Positions 17,538-27,921 of a stretch of DNA of 64,000 bases are shown here, one piece after another. The DNA comes from an uncultured Chloroflexia bacterium (GTDB taxonomy: Bacteria; Chloroflexota; Anaerolineae; Anaerolineales; UBA4823), in NCBI GenBank assembly GCA_963827155.1, contig CAWGZV010000003.1, forward strand, positions 226,436 through 290,435. Reading direction: 5' to 3'. The stretch's first letter is position 1; each line of letters begins with the position of its first letter. The notes beneath the pieces are model-generated. The model was not told the DNA's origin. It did no database searches and saw nothing but the letters and a program-made list of their open reading frames with translations. Both the position numbers and the translations under genes were made by a program.

Positions 17538-18787
17538 GGCGAATGGATGCTTACCAGGTCTACCTGATCCAGGAGGGGGCGACTTCGCTGTTGATGTCAA
17601 TGATTTTCACCGCCAGCGCGATCTACCAGGTAACAATTGTAGGACTGACGCCCTTACAGCTTGTCCTGGTTGGGACGACTTTGGAGTTGGCTGCATTCTT
17701 GTTCGAGGTGCCGACCGGGGTGGTCGCCGACGTATACAGCCGCCGGCTTTCGGTGATCATTGGGATGCTGCTGATTGGTTTCGGTTTTATTATTGAAGGC
17801 ACTTTTCCATCCTTCTGGCTAATTCTTGGCGCACAGGTCTTATGGGGATTGGGATACACCTTTACCAGTGGGGCAACCCAGGCCTGGATCAGCGATGAGA
17901 TCGGCGAGGTGGAAGCCGGAAAGGCGTTCCTACGTGCCAATCAGGTCGGCAACTTGATGGCGCTGGTGGGGATCGGAGTTGGAATATTGATTGGAAGCCT
18001 GGCGATCAATCTGCCCATCCAGATTGGCGGTGCATGTATGGTGTTTCTAGGGATTTTCCTGGCCTGGAAAATGCCTGAGATGGGTTTCAAGCCGATCGCC
18101 CAGCCAGGTCACAGGGGGTGGAAAGAAATGCGGAGTACTTTCACGAATGGGCTTGGGATTGTGAGACGAAGTCCAGAACTGCTGACGATTCTAAGCATTG
18201 GATTGATCTATGGATTATACAGCGAAGGTTTTGATCGGCTGTGGACCAAGCACATCTTAGACCAGTTTAGCCTGCCGCTTGCTGGAATATTGCAGCCAGT
18301 CTTTTGGTTGGGTCTGATCCGAGCGGCTGGTCTGCTGTTGGCTACTGGGGCAACGGAGCTCCTGCTTCGCAAGGTGGATACAGCCAGTTTTCTCAGCATT
18401 GCGAGGATGTTGAAAATAATCACTGTATTTATAATTGGGGGACTATTCGTGTTTGCGATCGCGCCTGGTTTTCTTGTTGCAGCAGCGGCTTATATCCTCA
18501 TATATGCTACCCGGAATATCATCGGGCCGATCTATACTGCCTGGGTCAACCAGGGGCTTGATTCGCGGGTCCGGGCGACAGTGATCTCGATGAGCAACCA
18601 GGTAGACGCAATCGGGCAAATTGCGGGGGGACCGGTCTTGGGGTTGATCGGCAGCCTGGTCTCTGTCCGGGCAGCACTGCTTGCCTCGAGCTTCATCCTG
18701 ACGCCGGCCCTGGCGCTCTATGAGTACGCCATCCGGCGGAGAGGCGAGGCGGTTAAGGAAGTTGATGGACAGGCTCCGGCTATGTGA
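17534..18787 (+). CDS. MFS efflux transporter, TetA(P)/Tet(40)-like family
   Basis: 12-TM MFS. LTPLQLVLVGTTLELAAFLFEVPTGVVADVYSRRLS, AQVLWGLG and YSEGFDRL closely resemble clostridial TetA(P) as I recall it. Confidence 0.8.
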   Translation: MRRMDAYQVYLIQEGATSLLMSMIFTASAIYQVTIVGLTPLQLVLVGTTLELAAFLFEVPTGVVADVYSRRLSVIIGMLLIGFGFIIEGTFPSFWLILGAQVLWGLGYTFTSGATQAWISDEIGEVEAGKAFLRANQVGNLMALVGIGVGILIGSLAINLPIQIGGACMVFLGIFLAWKMPEMGFKPIAQPGHRGWKEMRSTFTNGLGIVRRSPELLTILSIGLIYGLYSEGFDRLWTKHILDQFSLPLAGILQPVFWLGLIRAAGLLLATGATELLLRKVDTASFLSIARMLKIITVFIIGGLFVFAIAPGFLVAAAAYILIYATRNIIGPIYTAWVNQGLDSRVRATVISMSNQVDAIGQIAGGPVLGLIGSLVSVRAALLASSFILTPALALYEYAIRRRGEAVKEVDGQAPAM

Positions 18788-19746
18788 TGAATTCCATCCG
18801 CCCAGCCGCCTGAAGGACGAACAATGCGTCCAGGGTGACGAATGGGTGCATGTGCAGCTTGCTCGTCCCGCCCCAATCGACGGGGGTGCAGCCGCGCCCG
18901 GTTTGCTCCGAGACCCGGTAAAATTTTGCGTCGGCTGGAAAACCGCCATCCGGCAGCCGACGCGATTCCAGCAGATCCAAGGCATCGGTACAGCGCGCCC
19001 TCATGGATAAAACCCGTTTCTGCCATGACCTTTAAAGCCGAAAGAATATCATAATGCCAGTAGCTTGGGTAATGAAGCCGCACGAACGATGCATCCATTA
19101 CCTCGCCATCGCGCAGGCGTTTGAAAAGTCTGCGCTTTAGAAACACCTCAGCAGCGTGTTGGGCTGCCTTCAAAGAGACCTCGCTTCCAGAAATCCGGGC
19201 ATGCAGGGAGAGAGCTCGGAATGGTAGAAGACTCTCGTTATAAGAGGAGTTGGCTGCTTCGGGATGTCTGTCGCAGTTCCAACCCCTGTCAGGCCACTGC
19301 CAGGCTGCCAGGCGGCGAGCCAGCTCATCACAGCGCTCATCTGCTAATCCGAGAGAGAGCAGGGAGTACAGCGCATTCGCCTCCTGTGAAGCGCAGCGCC
19401 GCACTCTTCCGGATATGGTCTTTATCTGCTGGTAATGACTTTCACTCAACAGCCAGCCAAGCACCTGTTCGCGAAGAGGGATCAAGCTGAGGTCGCCAGC
19501 AGGATACCCTAGCTCAGCCAGCAGCGCCAGCACCCAATGGGCGCCTTGCCATTTGGCGTAAGCGTGGTGCGGAATCCTGCCATCCTGTCCGCGTTGGGAG
19601 AGCAGTGTCCGAACGAAATACAATTCAGGGATGCGTTCGCGGGCCCGGCGGATCTGTTCATTCTCAGCTCCAGGCTGGAGTTTCAGCGTTTTAAATCGGA
19701 TAACCGGGTCATCTGATGCAAGCAGCCGGTCGAGGATTTCCATCAT
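18780..19746 (-). CDS. Hypothetical protein with terpene-cyclase/prenyltransferase-like repeats, frameshifted near 19000
   Basis: YAKWQGAHW, WQWPDRGWNC and YPSYWHYDIL. The C-terminus DALDLLESRRLPDGGFP lies in ORF 18780-19004. Confidence 0.6.
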
Positions 19747-19919
19747 CAAATCCCTTCGTAAACTCACAAGACGGATTGTCAATTTTCTATTCGGAATGGG
19801 AATTTCTTTCGCCATTTTATCATTCCAATTAAGCTGGACAATCCAAATTATTATTAGGCAAGAGTTTAATGAGATTTCTTAAATCCATTGGGATTGCTCA
19901 GGTGTAAAATTACCGGATT

Positions 19920-20501
19920 ATGGAATTCCACCCTGTGACACCCGACCGCTGGAAGGACCTGGAGAAGCTGTTTCAAGGGCACGGCGCGCCGGGCTACTGC
20001 TGGTGCACCTACTGGCGAATCCCTGCCAGCGAATACAGCCGGCTGGACAGCCCAGGGCGAAAGCAAGTTCTCAAGGAAACGGTTGATTTTGGGGTTCCCG
20101 CAGGGATCCTGGCTTATATGGATGGCGACCCTGTGGGTTGGTGCTCTATTGCCCCCAGGGAGACTTATGCCAGGCTGGAGCGATCGAAGACGATCCCAGC
20201 GAGTGCGGTGCCGCGCACCTGGGCAATCACCTGCTTCTTTGTGCTGCGCAGCGCCCGACGAAAAGGACTGATGCTTGATCTGATCTGCGCCGCACTGGAT
20301 TATGCCAAATCAAAGCGGGCGTTGTACGTAGAAGCCTATCCGGCGATCCCGGGGGTTAAAGAGGATGGAGGACCTGACTATCAAGTCAGCTACCGCTTTA
20401 TGGGATTCGCCTCTACATTTGAGAAAGCAGGCTTCAAAGAAGTGAGCCCGAGCGGCAGCAAGCGACCGGTATTTCGCTACAGTTTAGAAGGTGCGGAGTG
20501 A
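19920..20501 (+). CDS. GNAT-family acetyltransferase
   Basis: CWCTYWR, PVGWCSIAPRE, ITCFFV..ARRKG, VEAYP, FEKAGF. Confidence 0.88.
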   Translation: MEFHPVTPDRWKDLEKLFQGHGAPGYCWCTYWRIPASEYSRLDSPGRKQVLKETVDFGVPAGILAYMDGDPVGWCSIAPRETYARLERSKTIPASAVPRTWAITCFFVLRSARRKGLMLDLICAALDYAKSKRALYVEAYPAIPGVKEDGGPDYQVSYRFMGFASTFEKAGFKEVSPSGSKRPVFRYSLEGAE

Positions 20502-21079
20502 CTATTGGATCCGCGACCAGTGCGGAAGCGATCACCCTGGGGGTAATCGCTGACACGCACATTCCCGACCGGCGACCGGCGCTCGATGGGCGCATCCTGC
20601 CGCTATTCCGTGAGCGCGGCGTAAAAGCAATCCTTCACGCCGGAGATGTTTCTGTCCCTGCGGTGCTGGAAGAATTGAGGAAGGTAGCTCCTGTTTATGC
20701 TGTCAAAGGAAACCGCGATTGGATCTGGCTGCGGAATTTACCCGCTGAACAAAACCTGGTATTTGGAGGCGTGAAGATCGGTATGGCGCATGGTCATGGA
20801 GGGTGGCTGAATTACGTGCTCGATCGCCCGGTGTTTATGGTTCGCGGCTACTACCACTCCCGGCTCTTGCCACGTCTCAAAGCCCGATTTCCGTCCGCCC
20901 GGGTGATCGTTTTTGGGCATGGACATCTTTCACTAGTCAAATGGAAGGATGATCAGCTCTACTTCAATCCTGGATCGCCTCATTTCCCAACCAAGAAAAA
21001 TATTACACCCAGCCTCGGCTTCCTGCATATTCGAGAAAACGGTGAAGTGGATGGGGAGATCGTTTTTTTACCTTATTGA
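20498..21079 (+). CDS. YfcE/MJ0936-family metallophosphoesterase
   Basis: ADTH, HAGD, KGNRD, HGH, FGHGH, FNPGS. Confidence 0.9.
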   Translation: MTIGSATSAEAITLGVIADTHIPDRRPALDGRILPLFRERGVKAILHAGDVSVPAVLEELRKVAPVYAVKGNRDWIWLRNLPAEQNLVFGGVKIGMAHGHGGWLNYVLDRPVFMVRGYYHSRLLPRLKARFPSARVIVFGHGHLSLVKWKDDQLYFNPGSPHFPTKKNITPSLGFLHIRENGEVDGEIVFLPY

Positions 21080-22024
21080 TCAACGGATGGATTCTGTTGC
21101 TTCGGCATACACCGGGGTATTCCATGAGCGGTAGGCAGGCAGGCGACCGCAAACCGCATCATCGAACAGCTGGCGAAGCCGGGTAGTGATCGGACCCATC
21201 AGCCCACTTCCAACGGGACGATAATCGATACGGGTGACGGCGGTAATCTGGGCGGCAGTGCCGGTCATGAACAATTCTTCACACAGGTAGACCTCTGTCC
21301 GGTCTATTGGGCGTTCGACAACCTCGATCCCAAGCTCTTTAGCTAACAGGTCTATGGCTGTTCGGCGGGTAATTCCTTCCAGAATGTTTTCGGTAATGGG
21401 TGGTGTAATGACTGCCCCGTTTCGAACCATGAAGATATTCATCGCTGAGCCTTCGGAGACATGTCCTTCCTGGGTCAGCACCAGGGCTTCGTCAAAACCG
21501 GCGCGGACCGCGTCCGTTTTGATCAAAGCGGAATTGGCGTAGGCGCCGCTGATCTTACCGCGGGCTGGGATCATGTTATCGTCCACCCGCCGCCAGGATG
21601 AGATGGTCACATGGGCGTTTGTATCGTTGGTGATGTAGCGCTCGAATGGGATCGAGACAATGGAGAGCTCAGCGTGCAAGTCATGGAGCCTCACCCCGAT
21701 GACTTCATCGCATTTATAAGCCAGGGGTCGGATATAAGTGTTGCATCGATAATCTTCTTTCCTGACCAATTCTAATGTGACCTGGATCAAGTCATCTGGG
21801 CTCTGGTCGAATTCCATTAACATCAAGCGGGCTGAATTCAGGAACCGGCGAAAATGATCGGCTGCCCGAAATAGGTAGAGCTGTTCCCTTTCTGAATTCC
21901 AATAAGCCCGCAGCCCACCGAATGCAGCAGTACCGTAATTAAATCCATGGGTTAAGACCCCTATTTTTGCTTCAGAATAAGGCACTATCTTGCCGCGAAA
22001 ATACGCATATCTGGGAAGATCCAT
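21080..22024 (-). CDS. ilvE: Branched-chain amino acid aminotransferase (PLP class IV)
   Basis: THGFNYG, YIRPL, GKISGAYANS, GFDEAL, EGSAMNIF, ILEGITR, GTAAQI. Confidence 0.93.
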   Translation of the reverse strand: MDLPRYAYFRGKIVPYSEAKIGVLTHGFNYGTAAFGGLRAYWNSEREQLYLFRAADHFRRFLNSARLMLMEFDQSPDDLIQVTLELVRKEDYRCNTYIRPLAYKCDEVIGVRLHDLHAELSIVSIPFERYITNDTNAHVTISSWRRVDDNMIPARGKISGAYANSALIKTDAVRAGFDEALVLTQEGHVSEGSAMNIFMVRNGAVITPPITENILEGITRRTAIDLLAKELGIEVVERPIDRTEVYLCEELFMTGTAAQITAVTRIDYRPVGSGLMGPITTRLRQLFDDAVCGRLPAYRSWNTPVYAEATESIR

Positions 22025-22268
22025 TCTGACCTCTCATTGGGTTCTTGGTAGGTAAATTCGGGCAATGAAATGGCAATTCAACAATGTCCTGATCGATTAT
22101 AACATCCTGTCTTTATGAGAGGACCTCCCGGGATTCCCGATAAAATCTTGAAGGGTTTCATAATCGAACGGTTAAGAGTATACTCACTGCTGATTTTCCG
22201 ATCGCGACCCTTTTTCTTTCATAAAGTGCGCCGCCGGATATCTTTTTTGGATGGAGATGTCATTCACT

Positions 22269-23174
22269 ATGAAGCGTGCAGTCAGCATCAGCATCGGGTC
22301 GTCGAAGAGGAACAAAGCAGTGGAAGTGGACCTCTTGGGAGAGAAGATATCCATTGAAAGGATCGGAACAGACGGGGACATGGAAAAAGCCGCCCGGCTT
22401 TACGAGGAGATGGATGGCAAAGTCGATGCTTTTGGGGTAGGGGGCGCAGATCTGGGTTTGCAAGTTGAGGATCACTGGTACCCACTCTACTCGGTTCAGC
22501 CGATGGTCCGGTTCATTAAGAAAACTCCAGTGGTTGATGGCGCCGGGTTAAAAAATACATTGGAAAATAAATTAGCTGGCTTTATCGACGCACAGATCGG
22601 CGGCTACGTCTCTGAGCGCGGCAAGAAAGCGTTTATCGTCAGCGGTGCCGATCGCTGGGGGATGTCGACTTCGTTTCTGGATCACGGTTATGAGTGCGTC
22701 TTTGGCGATCTGATGTTTGGGCTGGGATTGCCATTCTCTGTCAAATCCAAACAGAGCCTGAAACGGCTGGCCAGGCTGCTGCTGCCGGTTGTTGGCAGGG
22801 TGCCATTCGAATGGGTGTACCCTACTGGAGAGAAACAGGAAAAACGCATTCCGAAATGGGAGCGGTATTATGAGTGGGGGACGGTCATCGCAGGCGACTG
22901 CCTGTATGTCAAGCGCCATCTGCCTTTTCAGCTTGAAGGTAAAGTGATCGCCACGAATACCACAACTGCTGCCGACGTGGAGATGTTCCGTTCAACCGGG
23001 ATTAAATATCTGGTGACCAGCACGCCGGTATTGGAAGGGCGCTCCTTTGGCACGAATATGATGGAAGCGGCCCTGGTCGCCGTCTCTGGTAAAGGCCGAA
23101 AGCTGACTTATGAAGAGCTCAACGAGCTTCTGGACCGGCTTGGTTATGGGCCGCAACTGCAGACTTTGAATTAA
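22269..23174 (+). CDS. Conserved protein of unknown function (family often labelled 'quinate 5-dehydrogenase')
   Basis: MKRAVSISIGSSKR...ERIGTDGD...PVVDGAGLKNTLE...GRSFGTNMMEA. Family recognised from memory; the function label is unverified. Confidence 0.6.
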   Translation: MKRAVSISIGSSKRNKAVEVDLLGEKISIERIGTDGDMEKAARLYEEMDGKVDAFGVGGADLGLQVEDHWYPLYSVQPMVRFIKKTPVVDGAGLKNTLENKLAGFIDAQIGGYVSERGKKAFIVSGADRWGMSTSFLDHGYECVFGDLMFGLGLPFSVKSKQSLKRLARLLLPVVGRVPFEWVYPTGEKQEKRIPKWERYYEWGTVIAGDCLYVKRHLPFQLEGKVIATNTTTAADVEMFRSTGIKYLVTSTPVLEGRSFGTNMMEAALVAVSGKGRKLTYEELNELLDRLGYGPQLQTLN

Positions 23175-23254
23175 TTAATTCCTCATTTAAATCTTTCAGA
23201 AGGAAATCTACAAGGGTTTTCATCCAAAGAAAAAAACAAGCGTGGAGAGAAACA

Positions 23255-24035
23255 ATGGACGCACTAGTCATTGCGGGTGGGATATCTCAACCGGAAGATC
23301 CACTTTATCCCTTCACCCAAGGCAAGCCAAAGGCGATGCTGGGTATCTGTGGAAAGCCGATGGTCCAGTGGGTGCTGGATGCGCTTGACCAGGCGAAAAA
23401 GGTGGACCGGATTATTATCATCGGCATGCCGCCGCAGGAAGTCTTGCACTCCGAGAAGCTGGATCGCTATCTGCCTGATCAGGGAAGTATTCTTGAAAAT
23501 GTGCGCACCGGGGTTCAAAAATACCTGGATTTAAACCCTGTTGACCGACACATCGCAGTCGTTTCATCGGATATCCCAGCGGTTAAGCCGGAACATGTGG
23601 ATTGGGTAATCGAGACGGCGATGCAGACAGATCTGGATGTGTACTATAACGTGGTTCAACAACCCGTGATGGAAGCACGCTTCCCAGGCTCGAAATCGGT
23701 CCTATGTTCATCTCAAAGATATGGATGTCTGCGGGGGTGATTTAAACGTCCTTCGGGCAAGCATTGTAACGAAAGATAGCGCTTTCTGGGAAAAGGTCAT
23801 TGCCTCGCGCAAGAATGCCCTGAAGCAAGCATCCATGATCGGTTACGGCACGCTTCTCCTCCTGCTTTTGCGCCGGCTCGATCTGGAATCGGCAATCAAG
23901 CGAGTCACCAAACGAGTTCACATGAGTGGGAAAGCGTTGATTTGTCCGTACGCTGAGATCGCTATGGATGTTGATAAACCACACCAGCTGGAACTGATGC
24001 GAAGCGCCTTGTGCGGAGGCGTGCAGGAAGGCTGA
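23255..24035 (+). CDS. MobA-like NTP transferase (nucleotidyltransferase), frameshifted near 23697
   Basis: LVIAGG, KAML..GKPM..WVLDAL, SSDIP. The second frame ends with AMDVDKP. Confidence 0.8.
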
Positions 24036-24580
24036 TGCAGCCAAAATCACAAATCGAAAAAATCCTCAGCCTGGATTTCAAAATTTCGCAACAGATGCGG
24101 GTGGCAGAACGTCAAGGAGCGCTGCGTACACTGGCAGTGCTCCTGGCGCATTCAGGCGATTCCTGGTTCTGGGGCATCGGCCTGGTGCTGATCTGGCTGT
24201 TTGGTTCTCCTGAATGGAAATACCGCGCCGCCTGGATGCTGGCAGGAATCCTGGTCACTGCGCTCCTGGTTTTTTCGATCAAGCTGCTGGTTAACAGAGG
24301 TCGCCCGGAGGGAGATTGGGGTGGAATTTACCGACGGACAGATCCACACAGCTTCCCATCAGGGCATGCCGCACGCGCCGCGATGCTGGCTGTTGTGGCA
24401 GGTATCGTCGGCCCGGAGTGGCTCCTGTGGCTGCTGCTGATATGGGCGCCGCTGGTGATGCTGGCCCGGGTCGCGATGGGCGTCCACTATCTGACCGATG
24501 TCCTGGCTGGAGCGCTGCTGGGGATCATGATCGGCTTTTGTTTCTGGTGGCTTATCCCGCAGTTTTCATCGCTTTTTTGA
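24035..24580 (+). CDS. PAP2-family membrane phosphatase
   Basis: K-x6-RP, SFPSGH and ARVAMGVHYLTD motifs. TGATG coupling with the upstream gene. Confidence 0.92.
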   Translation: MQPKSQIEKILSLDFKISQQMRVAERQGALRTLAVLLAHSGDSWFWGIGLVLIWLFGSPEWKYRAAWMLAGILVTALLVFSIKLLVNRGRPEGDWGGIYRRTDPHSFPSGHAARAAMLAVVAGIVGPEWLLWLLLIWAPLVMLARVAMGVHYLTDVLAGALLGIMIGFCFWWLIPQFSSLF

Positions 24581-25619
24581 AAAATTCAAGGGCTTCCACC
24601 GGGGTAGGATCCTGCTGATATCCCATTGCTAAATAGTAAGCCACATAGTCGCCCATGTGCAGGCAGGTCCACATCTGTGCGAGTGGATTGTCGCCATAGG
24701 CATCAATCGTATCGGTATTCAAACCTTGCTGCATAAAGACCTGGCGAGTGAGGTCGGCACGCAGGCGATTGCGGGGGTGATCGGAAGGGCAGCGCAGGAA
24801 GAGCGCCATCAGGCGGGGAAGCGTACCCTCCGGCTCAATGATGCCTGCCAGGGTGTTGTGATCGGCTTCTGGAAGAATCTCGAATTGTGCCCAGGTTTTC
24901 GAAAGCTCATTGATCTGGGTCTTCCAGCGGCGGGCAACCGGCGCCAGGATGCCGGAGCCGAAGACTGTTACCCAGCGACCCATTAATTGCCCGGCGTAGC
25001 GCTTGGCTGGATTGAGGGCGGCGGGGACTTGTGCAAAAAACTGCTCTTGCTGAAGCCGCATAGCGGCAACCGCCGAGCTTAATTCATCTGCCGGGTCTGG
25101 CAGCAGCTTCAAGCGAGTGAGAACAGCGAGCAGCAATCCAAATGAAAATCCAACCGCTGCCCGCGGTTGTCCTGAGTGGCTGAACTTCCAATGGGGTACA
25201 GCAGAAGCCAACGCCAGGCGTTCCAGCTCGCCGCCGGTGGAAATTGCCATTCGAATGCAGCCGCTCTCATGGGCGGCACGAAATGCTTCCAGAGTCTCTT
25301 CTGTATTGCCCGAATGCGATACAGCGATTACCAGCGTACCGGTTCCTTTTGCCCATGCGGGGAGCCCATAGTCGCGCTGAACCGTAATGGAGACTTCCCC
25401 GAAAGAAGCAGCGTAGGCAGCCACCAGGTCTCCCCCGATCGCAGAACCACCCATCCCAGCAATTACCACCTGCTGAATTCCTTGCCAATCGGGCAGCGTG
25501 AGTCTGGATCCTAAATCCCAGGCTTCTTCCAGCTGGGATGGAAGCGAGTCAATTTGTGAAAGCATGTGCTGCTGGTCGATCTGATCGATTGCGGCATGAT
25601 CGTCTAGGTTCATACTCAT
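24552..25619 (-). CDS. Bifunctional phosphoglucose/phosphomannose isomerase
   Basis: GMGGSAIGGD, SHSGNTEET, QPRAA, RWKTQINELSK, PEADHN. Confidence 0.92.
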   Translation of the reverse strand: MSMNLDDHAAIDQIDQQHMLSQIDSLPSQLEEAWDLGSRLTLPDWQGIQQVVIAGMGGSAIGGDLVAAYAASFGEVSITVQRDYGLPAWAKGTGTLVIAVSHSGNTEETLEAFRAAHESGCIRMAISTGGELERLALASAVPHWKFSHSGQPRAAVGFSFGLLLAVLTRLKLLPDPADELSSAVAAMRLQQEQFFAQVPAALNPAKRYAGQLMGRWVTVFGSGILAPVARRWKTQINELSKTWAQFEILPEADHNTLAGIIEPEGTLPRLMALFLRCPSDHPRNRLRADLTRQVFMQQGLNTDTIDAYGDNPLAQMWTCLHMGDYVAYYLAMGYQQDPTPVEALEFFKKAMKTAG

Positions 25620-25676
25620 TCTCCCGGGATATTTTTAAATGATTTTACGAAGAGGTAAAAGACACGCAGCCTTGAG

Positions 25677-26510
25677 TTAACCTTCTTCGTTTGCTTTCTG
25701 CTCCGCAATCAGGCGGTAGAGGCTGCGGCGAGGCCAGCCTGATTGGGCTGACACCGCACTGGCAGCCTGGGATGAGCTCATCCCGGAGGAAATAGCGGCA
25801 GAGAGCGCTTCTCGAACCTGCCTTTCACTCCAGGATATCTTTTCCGTGTTCCCGGAAACCACGAGTGTAACCTCGCCTTGAACGGGACCGCCGGAGAAAT
25901 GAGAAATGGCATCCCGAATATCGCCGCGGAAAATTTCCTCATAAAGTTTCGTAAGCTCGCGTGCCACTGCGATCCTTCGATCCCCCAACTCCGCTTGAAT
26001 GTCCGTTAGAGCATGGATCAACCGGTGCGGCGATTTAAGGAAGATCAATGTATAGGGTAATCCGGAGACAGTTCTAAGCAGAGATTTCCGTTCGGAAGAT
26101 TTCCGCGGCAAATAACCCAGATAAAGAAACGCGTCGGTTGGCAGACCAGAGGCGACCAGGGCTGAAATGGGGGCGCTTGGTCCAGGAATTGGACTTACCG
26201 GGAAACCTGCCTCCAAAGCAGCGCGAACCAGTTCATAACCGGGATCGTTCAAGGCGGGAGTGCCTGCATCCGACACGACCGCCACATCGCGGCTGGACAG
26301 CGCCGACAGAATTTCTCCGAGGCGGGTAATCTTGTTGTGCTCGTGGTAGCTGATCAGCGGGGTATAAATCTGGTAGTGACTGAGCAGTTTACGCGTCTGG
26401 CGAGTATCCTCTGCGGCGATAAGGGCAACATAATTCAGCACCTGCAGGGCGCGGGCGCTGATATCCTGCAGGTTTCCGATCGGCGTTGCGACCAGATAAA
26501 GCGTACCCAC
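25677..26510 (-). CDS. rsmI: 16S rRNA (cytidine1402-2'-O)-methyltransferase
   Basis: LYLVATPIGNL, AAEDTR, SDAGTP..DPG, PGPSA, ARELTKLYEE. Confidence 0.96.
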   Translation of the reverse strand: MGTLYLVATPIGNLQDISARALQVLNYVALIAAEDTRQTRKLLSHYQIYTPLISYHEHNKITRLGEILSALSSRDVAVVSDAGTPALNDPGYELVRAALEAGFPVSPIPGPSAPISALVASGLPTDAFLYLGYLPRKSSERKSLLRTVSGLPYTLIFLKSPHRLIHALTDIQAELGDRRIAVARELTKLYEEIFRGDIRDAISHFSGGPVQGEVTLVVSGNTEKISWSERQVREALSAAISSGMSSSQAASAVSAQSGWPRRSLYRLIAEQKANEEG

Positions 26511-26514
26511 CTTT

Positions 26515-27591
26515 TCAGGGAAGAGTCCAGGTATTTAACTGCAGGTTCAGTGTGCCAAATTCCTCGTTAAAGCTCATCATACGCAGCCAACCGTACAAGC
26601 CCTGATCCGTGCGGTAGCATATGTAGAAGCCCTGTGGGATATTACGCGCCGTAACAGATGCAGCTCCAACACCAACAGTCTGGCATTGAGAAAAAGAAGG
26701 GGCGCTGGTCCCGAAACCTGCCATTCCTGCATTGCCGATGGTGGTGACGATCAGGCGATCCTGGGCGTTCGGCTGGAGGCTGATGTCATCGCCGCCGCCG
26801 CTGTTCAGGGTGTTCGAGTCCAGGTTGAGGCGGTCGTTGCTCACCATCGTGTTCGAGCCGCTGACGAGCAAGGGCGGATTTGCCTGGGTGGTAGCGGTAT
26901 ATGTTGGCGTTCCAGGCGTACCGGTTACTGTCACTGTGATCGTGCCGCCCGTGACCACAATCCGAACCCAAAAAGGAGAGCTCCCGCCTGGACCAATGCC
27001 GAACCATGTTCCGGCTTCATTTTTAAGCTTCCAGTTACCCTGATAGGTGCCAGAGCCGTTTGGCGCCACCAAATCGACCGAGATATCCACGGTCTGCCCC
27101 GGTTCGACCGGCTTTGGGAGCGGCACGCTGTTTGGAGCGCTCATCGGTTCACCGGAGAAAACTGCAATGGAATAATTCTTGGACCAGGTGCAGGTGCCGG
27201 AATTCCGCAAACGCCAGACTTTTGTAAAAGATTGCCCTGGGGCAAACTGGGTGTCATCAGGGATGGTGACGTCAATCGGGACGCCGGCTTCAGCCTGATC
27301 GCACTGTTTTACAATCGTCGTGGGAGGTTTCGTGGGAGGAACTGCGGTGTTAGATGCCTGGACCGTATTGGTTGGGCTTGCCTCAGCAGGTGTATTCGAT
27401 GGCGCGATTGTTGGGGAAGCAAGAGGGGTTTGAAGCGCAGCTTCGGTCAGGCGAGCCTGAACGGTCTGATATGCCTGGGTAACATCTGGCGTCGGTGATC
27501 CTTCAGCTTGTCTTCCAGGCATGTTGCAGCTGGCGGACATGATCAAGACCGGCAGCATCATTAATGTCAAATAAAGAGTGGTCCTCTTCAT
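26515..27591 (-). CDS. Lipoprotein with NBR1-like Ig (FW) domain
   Basis: Lipobox SASC and Pro/Thr linker. [27 protein letters not shown]...[14 protein letters not shown]...YQGNWKL...FWVRIVV. Confidence 0.8.
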   Translation of the reverse strand: MKRTTLYLTLMMLPVLIMSASCNMPGRQAEGSPTPDVTQAYQTVQARLTEAALQTPLASPTIAPSNTPAEASPTNTVQASNTAVPPTKPPTTIVKQCDQAEAGVPIDVTIPDDTQFAPGQSFTKVWRLRNSGTCTWSKNYSIAVFSGEPMSAPNSVPLPKPVEPGQTVDISVDLVAPNGSGTYQGNWKLKNEAGTWFGIGPGGSSPFWVRIVVTGGTITVTVTGTPGTPTYTATTQANPPLLVSGSNTMVSNDRLNLDSNTLNSGGGDDISLQPNAQDRLIVTTIGNAGMAGFGTSAPSFSQCQTVGVGAASVTARNIPQGFYICYRTDQGLYGWLRMMSFNEEFGTLNLQLNTWTLP

Positions 27592-27794
27592 TTAGGTTCC
27601 TCTTTGGGTAGTTTGATCTTCAACCGCCGTGCCAGGACTCGGCGAGGCAACGGACAGCGGCGTCCGCAGCGGAGGCATTCAAGCCCTATATCCGCGCCCA
27701 TCCGATATATCCTCCAATCGAAGCTGCCGCATGGATGGGCTTTGCGAAGGCGTACTACGTCTTCGATATCCATTTCTGGAAGCACAGACGGCAT
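27588..27794 (-). CDS. DUF951 (YyzM-like) small protein
   Basis: [31 protein letters not shown]. Confidence 0.85.
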   Translation of the reverse strand: MPSVLPEMDIEDVVRLRKAHPCGSFDWRIYRMGADIGLECLRCGRRCPLPRRVLARRLKIKLPKEEPK

Positions 27795-27921
27795 TATATC
27801 ACGGCAAAACACTCCGCTTTCCTGGGGCCGATCGCTAATTATGCTCCATAAACCGCCAGTAAATCAAGCTGGGGGGCAAAAAAACCTGGATGGTATAATT
27901 CCTGCCGGAGAACACACCTTT

